The position numbers and the translations under genes were made by a program. Shown piece by piece: positions 23,436 to 36,133 of a DNA stretch of 64,000 nt (within the stretch, counting starts at the first letter, position 1; each line of letters opens with the position of its first letter). Under the pieces are notes generated by a model, which had not been told where the DNA came from, made no database searches, and saw only the letters and a program-made list of their open reading frames with translations. Source of the DNA: Penicillus capitatus (Eukaryota > Plantae > Chlorophyta); the NCBI GenBank assembly GCA_965649825.1, contig OZ287694.1, positions 557,197-621,196 on the forward strand, written 5' to 3'.

Positions 23436-24508
23436 ATGGATGTCGTCATAAGTTTGGCCCTAAAGGTGGCCGAAGGTATCGTCGACCGTGCCGCACTCGC
23501 CGTCACAAACGCCGAGGAGTGCAAACTGCTTGCCTCCTTGGCGGGACAAACGAAGCCGTTTCTGCAGACACTAGAGCAGCTTCACGTGGATGACCCCTCA
23601 CTGCTCGCGGCGCTGGACCTCATCCTCGACGCACTTAATGAAGCAGACCGAGTCATAGAGGACTGTTGCAAGTCCACATGTTTGACAGGGATGTTATTCG
23701 CTTCGCGGAACAGCGATAAGCTGAAGCACGTCGCTCAGAAGCTGCAACACGCGTTGCAACAGGTGCCTCTGGCCACTCTACCGGCTATGGAAGAAATGCG
23801 CCAATGCATGTTCGCCCTACAAGACAACTCAACCTTCGCAAAACCAAGTTCGACAGCGTGGCTGCATCGACGCATCAGACGAGGGTGTGGAAAGACGAAA
23901 TGGAGAAGGCGTTCAATAGAAATCTGGAAGGGACAGAAGAGATGGAGACAATCCTCGTTGACATGATGAAGGAGCATTCCAGAACAGTCGAAGCCAAACT
24001 GCAGGACTTGGCTGTGCTGAAGGATTACATGCGCGAGGCGAGAAGAAATAAAGACCGGCTAATGGAGTACGAGCTGAAGCATATCATCGATGCCATTAAT
24101 GAATCACTTGAGCAGACAGAACAGACCACGGCTTCGGATTTGTCTGCCGATCTTCTTGATCAGCTTTGTTGTTGTCCTATCAGCAAGGAGGTCATGAAGG
24201 ACCCAGTCGTGCTGAAAGATTCGGGTGTCACTTATGAGAGAGCCAGCATTGAGGATTGGATGCGACGCGGGAATAAGAAGGACCCCGTAACCGAAACTGA
24301 AATCAAATCTTACGAGCTAATTCCAAGTCTATTGGCCAAGAGTCTTGTGAGTTTCGCAATTGCAATCGATGGATCGGAGAAACACCAAACCGAGACTAGA
24401 AAACGACCCCCTCTCGAAGATGGATTAAACAAAGGACGCGGCCAGCATGCACGTGCAGAAAATGCTGCCACTTCCGTCTGCATCCATTACACTATCATAT
24501 ATCATTGA
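23436..24508 (+). pseudogene. MLKL/RPW8-like helical bundle + coiled coil + canonical U-box, copy 2, with a 5-nt insertion frameshift
   Basis: Paralogue of 11917-13032. An extra ctcaa at about 23828-23832 splits the frame into ORFs 23352..23966 and 23804..24508. The U-box CCCPISKEVMKDPVVLKDSGVTYERASIEDW..DPVT..L.PSLLAKSL fits the consensus. Confidence 0.7.
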
Positions 24509-24524
24509 TGATGCGAATTTCAAG

Positions 24525-25957
24525 GTTGAGGAGAGGAGGAAGCGAAGAGGAGACCCAGTACGCGCTGAGTATTTTCCACAGTTCTTTACACCTCTCACGA
24601 TAGCACCGCCGCCTGTCAGAGAAATAAGTCGATATGAGAAGGCAAGGGCGTAGTAACAAAGGCATGCAGTCGTTTGGAAGCGTATGTTGCAACGACAGGT
24701 CAGAGACATTCATTGCGATGACTTCGCCTTCGTCCACTTGGCTTATGACCATTGCACAAGGGAGCACTGTGCTATTAAATGCATTGAACGTGGGAGAAAA
24801 GTAAGGCACGTGTGTTCCGTTGAGGATTTGCCAATGTCGAAGTGGGATGATAGATCGACAAGTACGTGCTGTATGGGATACTTAACCATCGAAGGTTATC
24901 TCATCGTCACGTAATTCAGTTTAAAGAGGTTGCCAAACTATTGCTACTTCATTACAGCTTCTGCAAAAGTGTGACGGGTGATTAACATTCAGGTGTATTT
25001 GACACCCTCGCATTTGTGCATCGTCACAGAGTATGCTCCGGGTGGCAGTATGTTGGATTATGTCAAGATAAAAGATGATCCCAGCGAGAAGGAGATGCGT
25101 TGGTTTTTTCAGCAACTTATCATCGGTGTGGACCATTGCCATCAAATGGAAGTGGTACGTCCTGAGATCAAACTCGAAGATGCTCTGCTGGATAGTGGCC
25201 GACGTCCTCTCCTCAAAATCTCCCCCTTTAGATATAATGTGGTGAGCAGTGTCGTTACTGTCACTTTATCATTTTTCGGACGTTCCCTCCTCTGCAGCAC
25301 GATGAAGACAATTTAACACCGTTACCTGGAGTGGGTACATGCGTCTACGTGGCACCAGAGGTCATCGCGCCACAACAGGCATATGATAGCAAAGTGCGCG
25401 TTCGATTGCGCGACATCCAGAAGATGATGATGTGTGGTCACGTTGTCTACAGAAAGCAAGTGTTTGGTCCTGTGGAGTTTGTCTGTACTTTATGATTTTT
25501 GCATGTTATCCCTTCAAGAACGACACGGTAAGGCACGCCATGTCCAAACAATCAGACTACCTCATTCCCTTTCTCTGCTGCTAATCCTGTGTTTTTCAGT
25601 GTATTTTGGAAATGCCGTTATCAATTCCCGAACATCCCGCCATCTCTGCCGATTTGGAAGACCTGTTGCACAAGATGATGGAAAAGGATCCAGAGAAACG
25701 GATCGGTATAAAAGGCATAATGGGACATCGCTGGTTTCAAACTGATCTTATAAATGTCGCCATAGACATAAACAAAGAACTCGGCAATCAAAGGGCAAAA
25801 AGTCGCTTGCAAGTAAGATCGATCTCTCCACATCACACCTCTCTTTGATGGAGTCTTACAGAGTGAAGAAGAGGTCCGTGCTATCGTGGAAGAAGCAAAG
25901 ATTCCTGTCATAGATAAAGGGCTTAGATTAGACATCGTTTACACAGTAGGGGATTAG
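24525..25957 (+). CDS. SnRK2-derived predicted pseudokinase, copy 2, multi-exon, open frame
   Basis: Spliced translation: RYEK|VRDIHCDDFAFVHLA..CAIKCIERGRK|IDKYVLYGILNHRRL..QFKE|VYLTPSHLCIVTEYAPGG..RPEIKLEDALL..LKISPFRY..VGTCVYVAPE..HRWF..|SEEEVRAIVEEA. Confidence 0.85.
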
Positions 25958-27217
25958 ATGCACAGATACATACAAAGGGATCCGGGATTATATTTTACTC
26001 GTTTCAATTATCTGTTGCCGCACTCGCAAAATCACTCAGTTTTGTAAAGACATCCCCACTCACTCCCTTGGACATTCAGAATTGGATCTAGCACATCCAA
26101 CCCCGATTTAGACTCCGTTACATTATTGTATTGATGAACGGCTGCAGATTTTGTGAAACTAGATCGAGTTCAGAGCGAAACGCGAAGGGTCTTACAGAAC
26201 TAACTATGCGCCGTCATCGTAGCTGCCACATGAGTTTCGAAAAAAAGCAGACGATACCTCTTCAGATTCGAGATCAAAATATGGTATCCTGTGTTTTGAC
26301 AGCAAAGAAGATCTACTACCAAGGAGGTAATGCGGCGGTCGACCTTTGCAAACAGACCTTCATCCAGCTCCATCCGGAAAGCAAATTCTGGAACGAGTAT
26401 CCGGTTAGGAAAGCCCATTGCTCTCGCCAAAACGCTGCGAGAATCACCCCCACCCGCATCATATTCAACGCCGTACCACATCACATCCCTGCATCCAGAG
26501 TCACTGGCATGTTCCTTGATGAAACAGATCACACAGCAGTCCAGTACCTCTATCACTCCCATTGATATTTGCCATGACGATCGGATGCACAAGATCATCT
26601 CCATGAAGTTATGACACCCATTTGCTGTCCACTCCCTAATGAGTGGGCTCTTTTATAGTCCAGTACATTGTTCTCAAACAGACAGAGATCGATGAGAAAT
26701 CGTTTGCAAGGAGACCAAAGACCGGAAATCCAGCACTTTAGCATACGACCACCCCTTCTCCTGTAAAAACGGCGCCCTCTCTCCGAACGTCGACTCTTGC
26801 TGGATACTGGATCTCTTGGCTGGTACCATCGTTAGCGGCAAGAGCACGTGGATAACACCATAGACTGATATTAGAGAATGTCTCTAAGAGTGGCGTGATC
26901 TTCACTGCTGTAAGTCGTGCGCTTGGCGGAAAAGAGTGAGATACGTGCTCTCCAGCATCTACGTACGCCGAGTGGTTTGATGCAGGTGTCTGTCTGTGGG
27001 ACGCCTCTTCGTACGACTAGCGGTTTTTGATCAGATTCATTTTATCTGCAGAACGTTTCTTTGTTCTTCGCAGCTTAGTGAATCGTGAGAATCGACACGT
27101 GCTCAAGGATGGATGCAATCTGTGCGATTTTTCTGATGGTGTTCCAGGACACCTACGAAAGAGTGTTTAGCGTTAGGTGTTGTCTAGGGAATTCGCGCCG
27201 TTCTGTGTGTCACACAG

Positions 27218-27807
27218 ACGCCTCTGGCTTCTGTATCTGCACCTGATTACGCGAGCGTCGTTACGGTCGCGTTTGAAGATGATTTCGGACTGCAAGAGGT
27301 GATAGACTCCGAAGGAGAGATAGAGATGCCTCCGGAAGCTCCTGGTTCGCTCATGACCCAAGAGTCATCTGTCGTACTTATCACAACTGCATTGCAGAAG
27401 CAATGAATTCAGAGGAAGCGCAAGACAAGGACGAGACAGATGCGGAATTACTAGTCTACTACAGTATCGGCTCTGATACAGAAGTAGATGAAGAAAGAGA
27501 AGAGTTAGAAGTTCTTTATGGGGGCTCTTATTATGATATTTACGCGTCTGGAGACGTAGAGGTGGATGTGGAAAAGCCAAAAAAGAAGAGGCAGAAAAAG
27601 AAAGAATCGCCGTCGATTCAAGTGTTCGAACGAACCACCCAGAATACTGTCGTGGAAAAAACTCCACAGAAATATCCAAGCACAACTCCCCCAAAGGCCA
27701 CCAAGGATAAAGGAATTGATGGAGAGGGGCAACCTGTCTTATTGGAAAGGAGTTCCAGACGTGATCCACAAGCACTTGTGTACGCAGTAGGACAGCTTGT
27801 CGGCTGA
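27218..27807 (+). pseudogene. Acidic secreted-protein family member B (last exon), frameshifted near 27390
   Basis: FEDDFGLQEV, then a 1-nt deletion relative to member A, then ORF 27403..27807 ending TPPKATKDKGIDGEGQPV..RDPQALVYAVGQLVG. Confidence 0.6.
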
Positions 27808-28583
27808 ATTGCATCGAGTCGACAGAAGAGAGCGAAGGGGAGGCTGCTCAGACATGTTGTTCTCGCAATGGATAGCACATACGTGGGAGGATTCTTTCTG
27901 ATCTCACTTTGTGATACATTGGCCAAGAAATGCATCGCACAATGTGAATACCCTTGTGAAGCAAATAAACAAAGTTCTTTGGACGAAGCACAAAACGTTG
28001 AACGAAGAAGGATCGCGTTCGTTAGACGACGACACTGAATAGATGATCATGTGTTCGAAGGGAAACTGCCACTCGTCGAGAGAGGAATCCTGCCAGACAT
28101 GGCCCTTGGCGTGCATGATCTGCAACAACTACATTGTCCGCTCTTGCCGATGATGTCTACCGATATTCCGTTTCCTGAACAACGACCACGTGTGCAACGA
28201 AGATCACCTCTTGTATCGACAAAACAATTCTGCCACAGCTGTTCAGGATGCCAGCTACGGTGGATGACACGCAGGGTAACAGAATGCGCTTTATGCTCTT
28301 TCACACTGTCAACGCAAGCTGCACGCCAAGTATCACAGAAAAGATGGTTCTTGACGAAAAAACCGGATCCCATCTGTCTATTGGGTTGCATTTCACCACA
28401 AAACGGGCTGCTAAGAACTGTCGAACGGCGTTGCAAGAGGCGCTGCCATCCCCGTTGTAATCGAATCGGTCGCCAAACGCGACCTTTGACAGAATCGAGT
28501 CGACAGAAATCGACTGCGTTGCTCAAACGGAACGCGCGAAGGCGGAGGAGCGCAAGAACAGAAGCGACGGTTAAATAAAAATT

Positions 28584-29192
28584 CAAAAGTTTTTGTCCGG
28601 GTGGTGAGACTCCATCGTCGTCGGCCCCCGAACTCAGCGCGACGTTGTCCTTTCCCCGCCGTAACCCATCCAACTCGGCGCGGGCTCGCCGGACACAACC
28701 GGTCAACTCTGATGGGACAACCCTCCTCTGTGTCCGGCGCAGGTATCGAACCCCCGCGGTCGTACTTCTCGAACTGGTCCAACTGCACCATCCGCTTCGG
28801 GTCGATCCCCACAGTCGAGAAGACGCCGTCGCCAAGGTAAGCCCGCCCGTGACGACTTTGCCCGTGACCTGTTGACGACTTTCTCCACCGATCACTCTAC
28901 ACCCGTGACGACTTCGCCGGCGACTCTTTGACGACTTTGTCGTCCACCCTCCGGATGTCACTGTGGCACTCTGTGGTCGGCAACACTATATGTTGCACCA
29001 CGCTATTTATTCGAGTTATGGCTGCCCATGCGACGTATTTTGGCGTTCAGGACATCGAAATCAAGCAATGCATTCATTCTCGATTCACGTTTGCTTTAGC
29101 GCTATGTCTGTTTTGTTCGTTCCGTGCCCGAGTCTGTGTTTCATTCACTACCATGTTTCTCCGCCGCCGGACTAATGGTGGCAGAACGGAGT
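28584..29192. repeat. Repeat X, 609-bp copy
   Basis: About 95% identical to 14601-15209 in the same orientation. Confidence 0.85.
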
Positions 29193-29888
29193 CAGTTTTC
29201 TGAAAGCTGTCGCTCTTTGTTGAAACTCTTCGTCAGTTTATCGCATGATCAATACCAACAACAAAGCTGATCCCTTCTGAATGTGTTCTCGTCATCTCGG
29301 TAGAAAGGTTAAGTACAGATGTTTCTTCTACGTTCCGACGATTGGACTGACTGGCCTCTGGAGCCTCAAGCGGCGTTCGGGATTGGACTGTAAAAGACAG
29401 TGGTTGATCATTAGAAAGTTTTTTGTCAACGAGCTTTAGGAAAAGTTGCACCAAACGGTATCCTTCGAGACTCAATTCGGGAGATCGCTGCATCGCACAA
29501 TACAAATGCTGTCTGTACATGACGAGCAAAGCTCTACGCTACAAAACGGCAGAGGAAGACCGAACGATGCAACGGACGCGTCGAACAAACAAACTAGAGT
29601 GAGCAAGTCGTGTCGACCACTCCGCAGTACGCGAGCCAACACACGATCGAACACGAAACGCTCAATTTCGCCAATGATAACAGCGAACATCGCGGAGAAC
29701 CACACTGAGAAGTCTCTCCTGTCGTGTCGGGAAGACAGCACTTAAAGAACGCAGCCCCTCTCCGTTCCGGGATTCGTTCGAGTTTTACCGAAGTCCGACG
29801 CGTGCCGCGACATCGTTTTCTCGCCCACCAAGGGGACACTAAGTTCCTTTCGCGTACGTTTCGCAGAAGGCGACAACGACGCAGCAGC

Positions 29889-32800
29889 ATGGCACCTTCG
29901 ATGATGCTCTGGGTATCGCTTCTGACCATCTGTGTCGCCACGCTGTGTGCCTCGCAGCCCGTCTCTCGCGCTCCCAACATCGCGGGATCGTCTTCGAGGG
30001 CCACCACAAAGTCGACAGGTGAGCTTTGCACCGCTGCCGTCTCTTCGCGTGTCGGCTCGACTCCTTCGCCGTCTCTCCCGTTAAACGAGATCGAATTCTC
30101 ACATCTCTCTCTCTCTGAGTCCTGCCCTTCTGGAGTAGGCGACGAGTCAGCGGCACTTCCCATGTCCACAGACAGCGGCTCGAAGGAGTCCGACGATGCG
30201 AAATCCCACCACGCTGTACATCCTCGGCATCGACGGCTGCCTGCGGAATGGCGTCTTGTGTTTCCTCAGGCACCCAGATCTGTCCGTTCTCTGCAGCAAA
30301 GCCTCAACGACGCCGGGGAAGAAGAAGGTCTGAAACCCGCCGCGGCGGATATACGACCGTGACGTTGTCTTCTTGAGCAGGTCGGTGTCAGCTGACGAGC
30401 AGCGCGATTGCGTCCATCCTCGACGTCGAAACCAGAACGTGGCTCATCGACGACCGGCATCTGGACGACATCTCACACGACCTGCAAACTCTCGTCGACT
30501 GCAGCAGCGACGGAGACACCATTCTCTTCAACACCACGCGGCCAATCACGCCTCCAAGACGCATCGAGATTCCATGGAACCTGACCCTCAGTGCCGCCGT
30601 GGACGCGATCGATCTCGTGAACGGCGTGTTTCCAAAGTCGGAGTCGCCGACGACGTTCACGTGTCCCGAAGGAGACGGCATCTTCTCCCTAAAGTGAGGA
30701 TCTCCCCACCGACCGTGGGACAGGGCGATATCTTGCATCACCTCACTCGTCGTGTGCGTGCAGGACGGGAACAGCCCTAATCGCAAACATCGTCTTCAAG
30801 AACTGCACCCTGGACGAACAGGACGGCGCCATCGTGCAGCTAGAGGAGTGCACCTCGAAGGAAGCGAGCGGGACCGTCCGCCTTCACCGCGTGGCGTTTC
30901 GCGGACATCGACTGAACGGCACGAGCGCCTTCGCCTCTGGCGCCGAGTGCGCGTCGGTGGAGATGATCCGCGTCAAGTTCTCTAACAACTCCTGTGGGGA
31001 CGCATGCTTCGCGCAGCTGGCCACCGCCGCCGACCTGAGACACGTCCGGCTCGAACGAAACGTGCCTGTGGCGAGTCTGGACACAAGACGTCCCGTCTCG
31101 CTGCTGCGTCTGCTCGCTGGATCGACGGCGAAGGTCGTCGACATCCATCTCAGCCAGAATGCCGTCGCAGGGGTCCACGTCAGCGATGGGACATTGAACC
31201 TGACCCAGTCGACCTTCGAGCGCAACTCCGAGGGTCCGACGGTCCGTTTGGACCAGGGCAGTCGAGCACACATTGCCGACTGCGCGTTCCGAGGGAACGA
31301 GGCGTCGATTCAGAGAGCGGAAGAGACGCTGCCCGAGTCGCTGCTCGCCTTCGAGAGCAGCGGGTTCAGATGCGTGCCCGTCACGATGACGCGGGGAAGC
31401 GCTCTCTTGTCGTTCGACAGCGACGTCAGAGTGAAGGGCTGCGAGTTTAGGCAAAACAAGGTGCACGGAGACGCCAGCGGAATCTTCGCATCGGGCGGCA
31501 CTCTGGAAGTCGACGCGTGCAGCTTCAGAGACAACTCCGCGACTAAGGCCGGAGGCGCCGTCTATCTGCTCAACGCGCTGGCTCTGTTCGATAACGTCGT
31601 CTGCGTCGATAACAGCGCCGAAGACGGTGGTGGATGTCTCTTCGCCGAGAACGCCACTGGCTGGATCGTCGACTCGCGTCTGAAAGGCAATTCGGCTTCA
31701 AAGGGAGGCGCTCTCTGCGTCAAGGGGTCCGCCGAGATGCAGATCCAGAACAGCTCCTTCGTCGGCAATAGCGCTGAGGAGAGCGGCGGGGGAGCCCACG
31801 TCCAGGCCGAGCTCTGTCGCTTCGTCGAATGCCGGTTCGAGAGGAACAAGGCAAGGACGGGAGGCGGCCTGAACGTCGACAAAGACAGTGCCGTCCGCAT
31901 CGAGCGCTCCACCTTCGTTCAGAACAATGCGTCCGATTCTGGCGGCGGCATGTCGAGCGAGAGAAGCGTCGTGGAACTGGAGGCCATCGAGCTGACAGGC
32001 AACCGCGCAAGCAGTCAGGGCGGAGCCGTCCGGGTAAAGGAAGAATCGACGATCCGTGTTCGGGATTCGCAGTTCCGGGAGAACAGTGCCGGGATATACG
32101 GCGGGGCGATGGTGGTGCAGAACAGCAAGGGGACGCTCTCCGGATGCGAGGTCGAGAGGAACGTGGCGGACAATGGCGGAGGAATAGAGCTGTCGCGCAC
32201 GTCCTCCCTCCAGATCCGAAACAACTCCGAATTCGTCGAAAACCGAGCGAGAAATGGAGTGGGCGGCGGAATCGACTGTCAAGGCCGAAGCGAGTTGAAA
32301 ATCTCGGACGCCGAATTTCGGGACAACAATGCATCGCGTCAAGGAGGGGCCATCTTCCTGTACGTGTCCTCTCTAAACGCCGCCCGTCTGGTGATGCTGG
32401 ATAACGTCTGCGGTGATATGGGCGCTGGGGTGTTTCTCTACGGCAAGAGCACGGCGGAGTTCTCTGACTCTCTTTTCCAGCGAAATCGAGCAGAGTACGG
32501 AGGGGCAGTCTTTGTGCGCGAGTCGCAGGTACACGTGCGTGGTAGCAGGTTCTTTGATTGTCGAGCAGAGAAGAATGGAGGCGGCATCTATGTCGAATCC
32601 CAATCCGTTGTCGTTTTCGAAGGCTCTGCTTCCGAGTTTTTGTGGAACATCGCCGCAGGGGGCGAGGGCGGTGGCGTGTACTGCTCGGATGGAAACCTGA
32701 CGGGAGAATCGCTGAGCTTCGTGAAGAACTATGCTGCCGACGGAGGCGGGATCGCGATGAACATGGAATGCGAGGCAACGCTGTCTCTTGTGAACTTCAG

Positions 32801-35800
32801 AGCGAACAATGCCTCTCGTGGCGGAGGCCTCTACGTCACAGGAGGGTCCAGAGTGGACCTGCGCAGCGGGTCGTTCGAAGACAGCCAGACTTCCGAGATG
32901 GGGGCCGCCATCCACGTCGAGCTTTCCTCTCTTAAGCTTCGCGGCGCCACGTTCTTGAACGGAACCTCCCAGACAGGCGGATTCGTCACGTGTCGGGGAG
33001 CCGACGTGACGATCAGGAATTCGCAGGCGGACATCGGCCTGGCGAGTGAAACTGGAGGATTCATGGACGCAAGAGAGAGCAGCAACGTCTCCATCGCCAA
33101 CCTGTCCCTCGGCGGCATGCGTGCCAAGACAGGCGGCGCATTTCACCTTGCAGCGTCCAACCTGCGTGCCAGAGGGCTTAGCGTGAACGGATCCTCGGCG
33201 GAGGAATCGGGTGGCGGGATTCACGCAGATCAAGGGTCGTCTATTCTCTGCCTCAAATGCGCCTTCGAGGGGAACGCAGCTGGCCGTTCCGGAGGCGGCG
33301 TCTCGATCGCATCCGCAGAACCGCAGCAGCTGGTCTACCAGTTCGACGGGTGTCACTTCAGCAACAACAGCGCCACACTCGGAGGTGCGTCGATCCTGCA
33401 GCTCTGGGAGAAACGGGTCGAGAGTGTTGCGGTGTAGGTGGGATTCACTACCTGAGCAATCACACGGCACCGGACTGTGGCAGACCGGAGGCCAACTGCA
33501 CCCTGGTCGCCCTGGGCGGCGTTGTGCTCAAGAACAACAGTGCCGAGTGCGGCGGCGGCATCTTCACGAGCGACCCGACAGCGTTCAGATTCCGCTGCCC
33601 GGAACATCACGAACGAGACGAGCTGGGGTTCTATAGCGAAAGGGAGCTGGATGGAATGCGCGTTCTCAGATCCGATAAAGATCACTGCGCCGGCGCATGG
33701 TCCGGCAACACGGAGATCAACTTCGGACCCGACGTAGCCACCTACGCCCGTCGCATCCTGTGGTTCATAGAGGACGGGAGTGGACCTGGGGCGGAGACGA
33801 TCCAGATAGAGGAAAGCCGCAAACGCATCGACTACAAGAGCGGCGAGCCGCTTCCGAAGATCCGCCTCGAGGTGGTCGACGCGTTTGGCCAAGGACCTGC
33901 CTTCGGAGCGGGCAATGCCACGGTGGCGGCGGTGATGTGGTCTCCCTCGACGGACCCGTCCAAGAGCAATGCGCTCTTTCCGGGCAACGTCAGTCTGCTC
34001 ATGGTGGATGGCACCGCAGAGTTTTCCGAGATCCGCGGCCTCCAGACGCCGAACGACTGCCTCGTGCGGATCGACTTCAGCGAAGACGCGCTGCCGACTC
34101 TGGAGATCGACGTGACCGTCCGGGATTGCATCATAGGAGAGGCGCCGAACAACGATCGGACCCTCTGCGTCCCGTGCTCCCAGAGACAGTGCAGGGTGTC
34201 GAAGAAAGACGACCAGTGTCAGCCGTGCCCCGAGAATGCAAACTGCTCGTCCATAAACGTCATCCAGCCCAACAGAAAGTACTGGCACCGCCATCCGTGC
34301 TCGGTGCACATGCAGGAGTGCCTGAGCCGAACGGCGTGCGACTTCGATCGCGAGGAGGGACTAACGACTGTCACGGCAGAGATGCAGGACTGCACATTCA
34401 GCCAAACGATGGATGAGGATTACAGCCAGACGCAATGCCGAGAGGTGCCGTGCCTTCTCCCGTCGCCCTCTGCGCACTCTGACTGCTTTTTTTTCAGGGC
34501 TACACCGGGCTGTTGTGTGGAGACTGCGAGGCTGGATACGGTCACAGTTCTTCGTTCGACTGCGATCGATGCGACACGGGTCTCAGCATCACGACCCTGG
34601 CGATCTCCATCTTGCTGGTGCTGGCTCTCAGCAGCTTTGCCATCCGAAGCAGTCTGATCCCGGTGCAGAATCCTCGACGCGACGCTAGAGCCAGTCGTCG
34701 AAGGATGTCGCGACGCTTTATCGGGGTAGCAACCTCGGCTCCAGCCAGCATCCAGCTGGCGCCACTCGTCTCGCGCGGCAACCCTCCACCGAGATCGAGG
34801 CACACGCAGAACGAAGCGAGCCAGGAGGACGAGGGCGAGAGCTCGGCCGTGATGGCCAAGTGGAGAACGGTCGAGATCTTCAAGGTGAGGCTCTGCGAGT
34901 GCGTTCTCACGATCACCTCTGGCATTTGCAGATCACCATCAATTTTCTGCAAGTGATGTCGGTGGCGATCTACATCAACGCGAACTGGACGTCGTCGTCG
35001 ACATCCCTCATCTCAGCAACAGGTCACGCCTCTCAGCGCTCTTCCGCAGGGAGTGCTCACGATTCGTGTGGATCTCAGACGCGGTCGGCGGCATGATGTC
35101 GGGAAGGGCGTCTTTCTCTGCCGAGTGTCTCGCGCCGGCGAACGCAGTCGTCGCACGGCCGGTCATTCGAGCCATCATCAGCTTCGCCATTCCCGTCGTC
35201 GCCGTTCTCCTCTACGGCATCTTCTGGCTGTGCATGGCGTGCAGATCCGCCGAGGGCTGGCACTACTTCAAGAAGAGATGGCCGCTGAGCGTCGTCGCCG
35301 TCGCCTACCTCACCTACGTCTGGATCACGAAGACCGCCGCCAACACCCTCTACTGCATTAGAGTGCACGATTCCGTCGACGTGGACGTCGACACCATGCA
35401 TCGCTACTGGTCGCAGGACACATCTTTGCGCTGCTACAGAGGCCCCCACGCCGTTCTCGCCTTCACACTGGGCTGGCCGGTGATCGTGGCCTTCACGGTC
35501 GGATTCCCCGCCTTCCTGTACTACAATCTGCGCAACAGTCGCAGCTCTGACCGATCGGCGGCCGTCTTCATGGAGATCGCCGCCTTTCTGTACCGAGCCT
35601 ACTCGGACGACTTCAGATACTGGGAGCTGGTCATCATGTGTCGCAAGGCGCTGCTCACCGTCGTCGCTGTGTTCGGCTACCACCTCGGATTCAATCTCCA
35701 GGCCGTTCTCGCCGTGTGCGTTCTGACGACGGCGCTCTATCTCCACATCAGTGCCCGTCCCTTCAGAAAGGAATTTGACGCACTGAACGCCTACGAAGGG

Positions 35801-36133
35801 GGGTCTCTGTTCGTCTCCAACATCACCTTCGTTTTGGCGCTCCTCTACGACGACAATCGCACTCGGGATGCCACGAAGACCTTCTTGAATGTCTTGCTCT
35901 GTGCGCTGGTCGGCGGGCTGTTCCTCACGTTTTTCTGCCTGTTTGTTCAGTCCGGGTTGATACACCTGCGTCTGGTTCTCGAGGAGGAAGGAATCATCGA
36001 CGACGCCCAGCGGCAGAAGTCGATTGCGATCGTCAAGACGTTCGTGACGACGTCGTTGGAGCAGTGTTGGTCGCAGATGAAGAAGATGAGCTTCAAGATG
36101 AAACCAAGCTCGGAGGAAGAAGAGGCCTTGTGA
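29889..36133 (+). CDS. Large receptor/adhesin-like protein: signal peptide, N-terminal domain, parallel beta-helix (POMP/pectin-lyase-like) repeats, Cys-rich module, about 7-TM C-terminal domain
   Basis: Leader MAPSMMLWVSLLTICVATLCAS. ORF 30834..33437 carries many F-x-x-N-x-A..GGA/GGG repeats. CVPC..CQPCPENANC..YW and GYTGLLCGDC are present. TM ORF 35066..36133 contains YWELVIMCRKALL. Short GT-AG introns join the frames. Confidence 0.85.

Larger units (their letters stand above)
23060..28931. repeat. Inverted paralogous block of 7268-13400 (left boundary approximate)
   Basis: Upstream region, U-box gene, kinase, spacer, acidic gene and repeat X core occur in mirror order. Confidence 0.9.

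Noticed and set aside
30834-33437. Bacterial (Chlamydia Pmp-like) origin or contamination suggested by the GGA..FxxN repeats
   Set aside because: The gene has several spliceosomal introns, a eukaryotic TM domain and local paralogues; no autotransporter barrel is seen.
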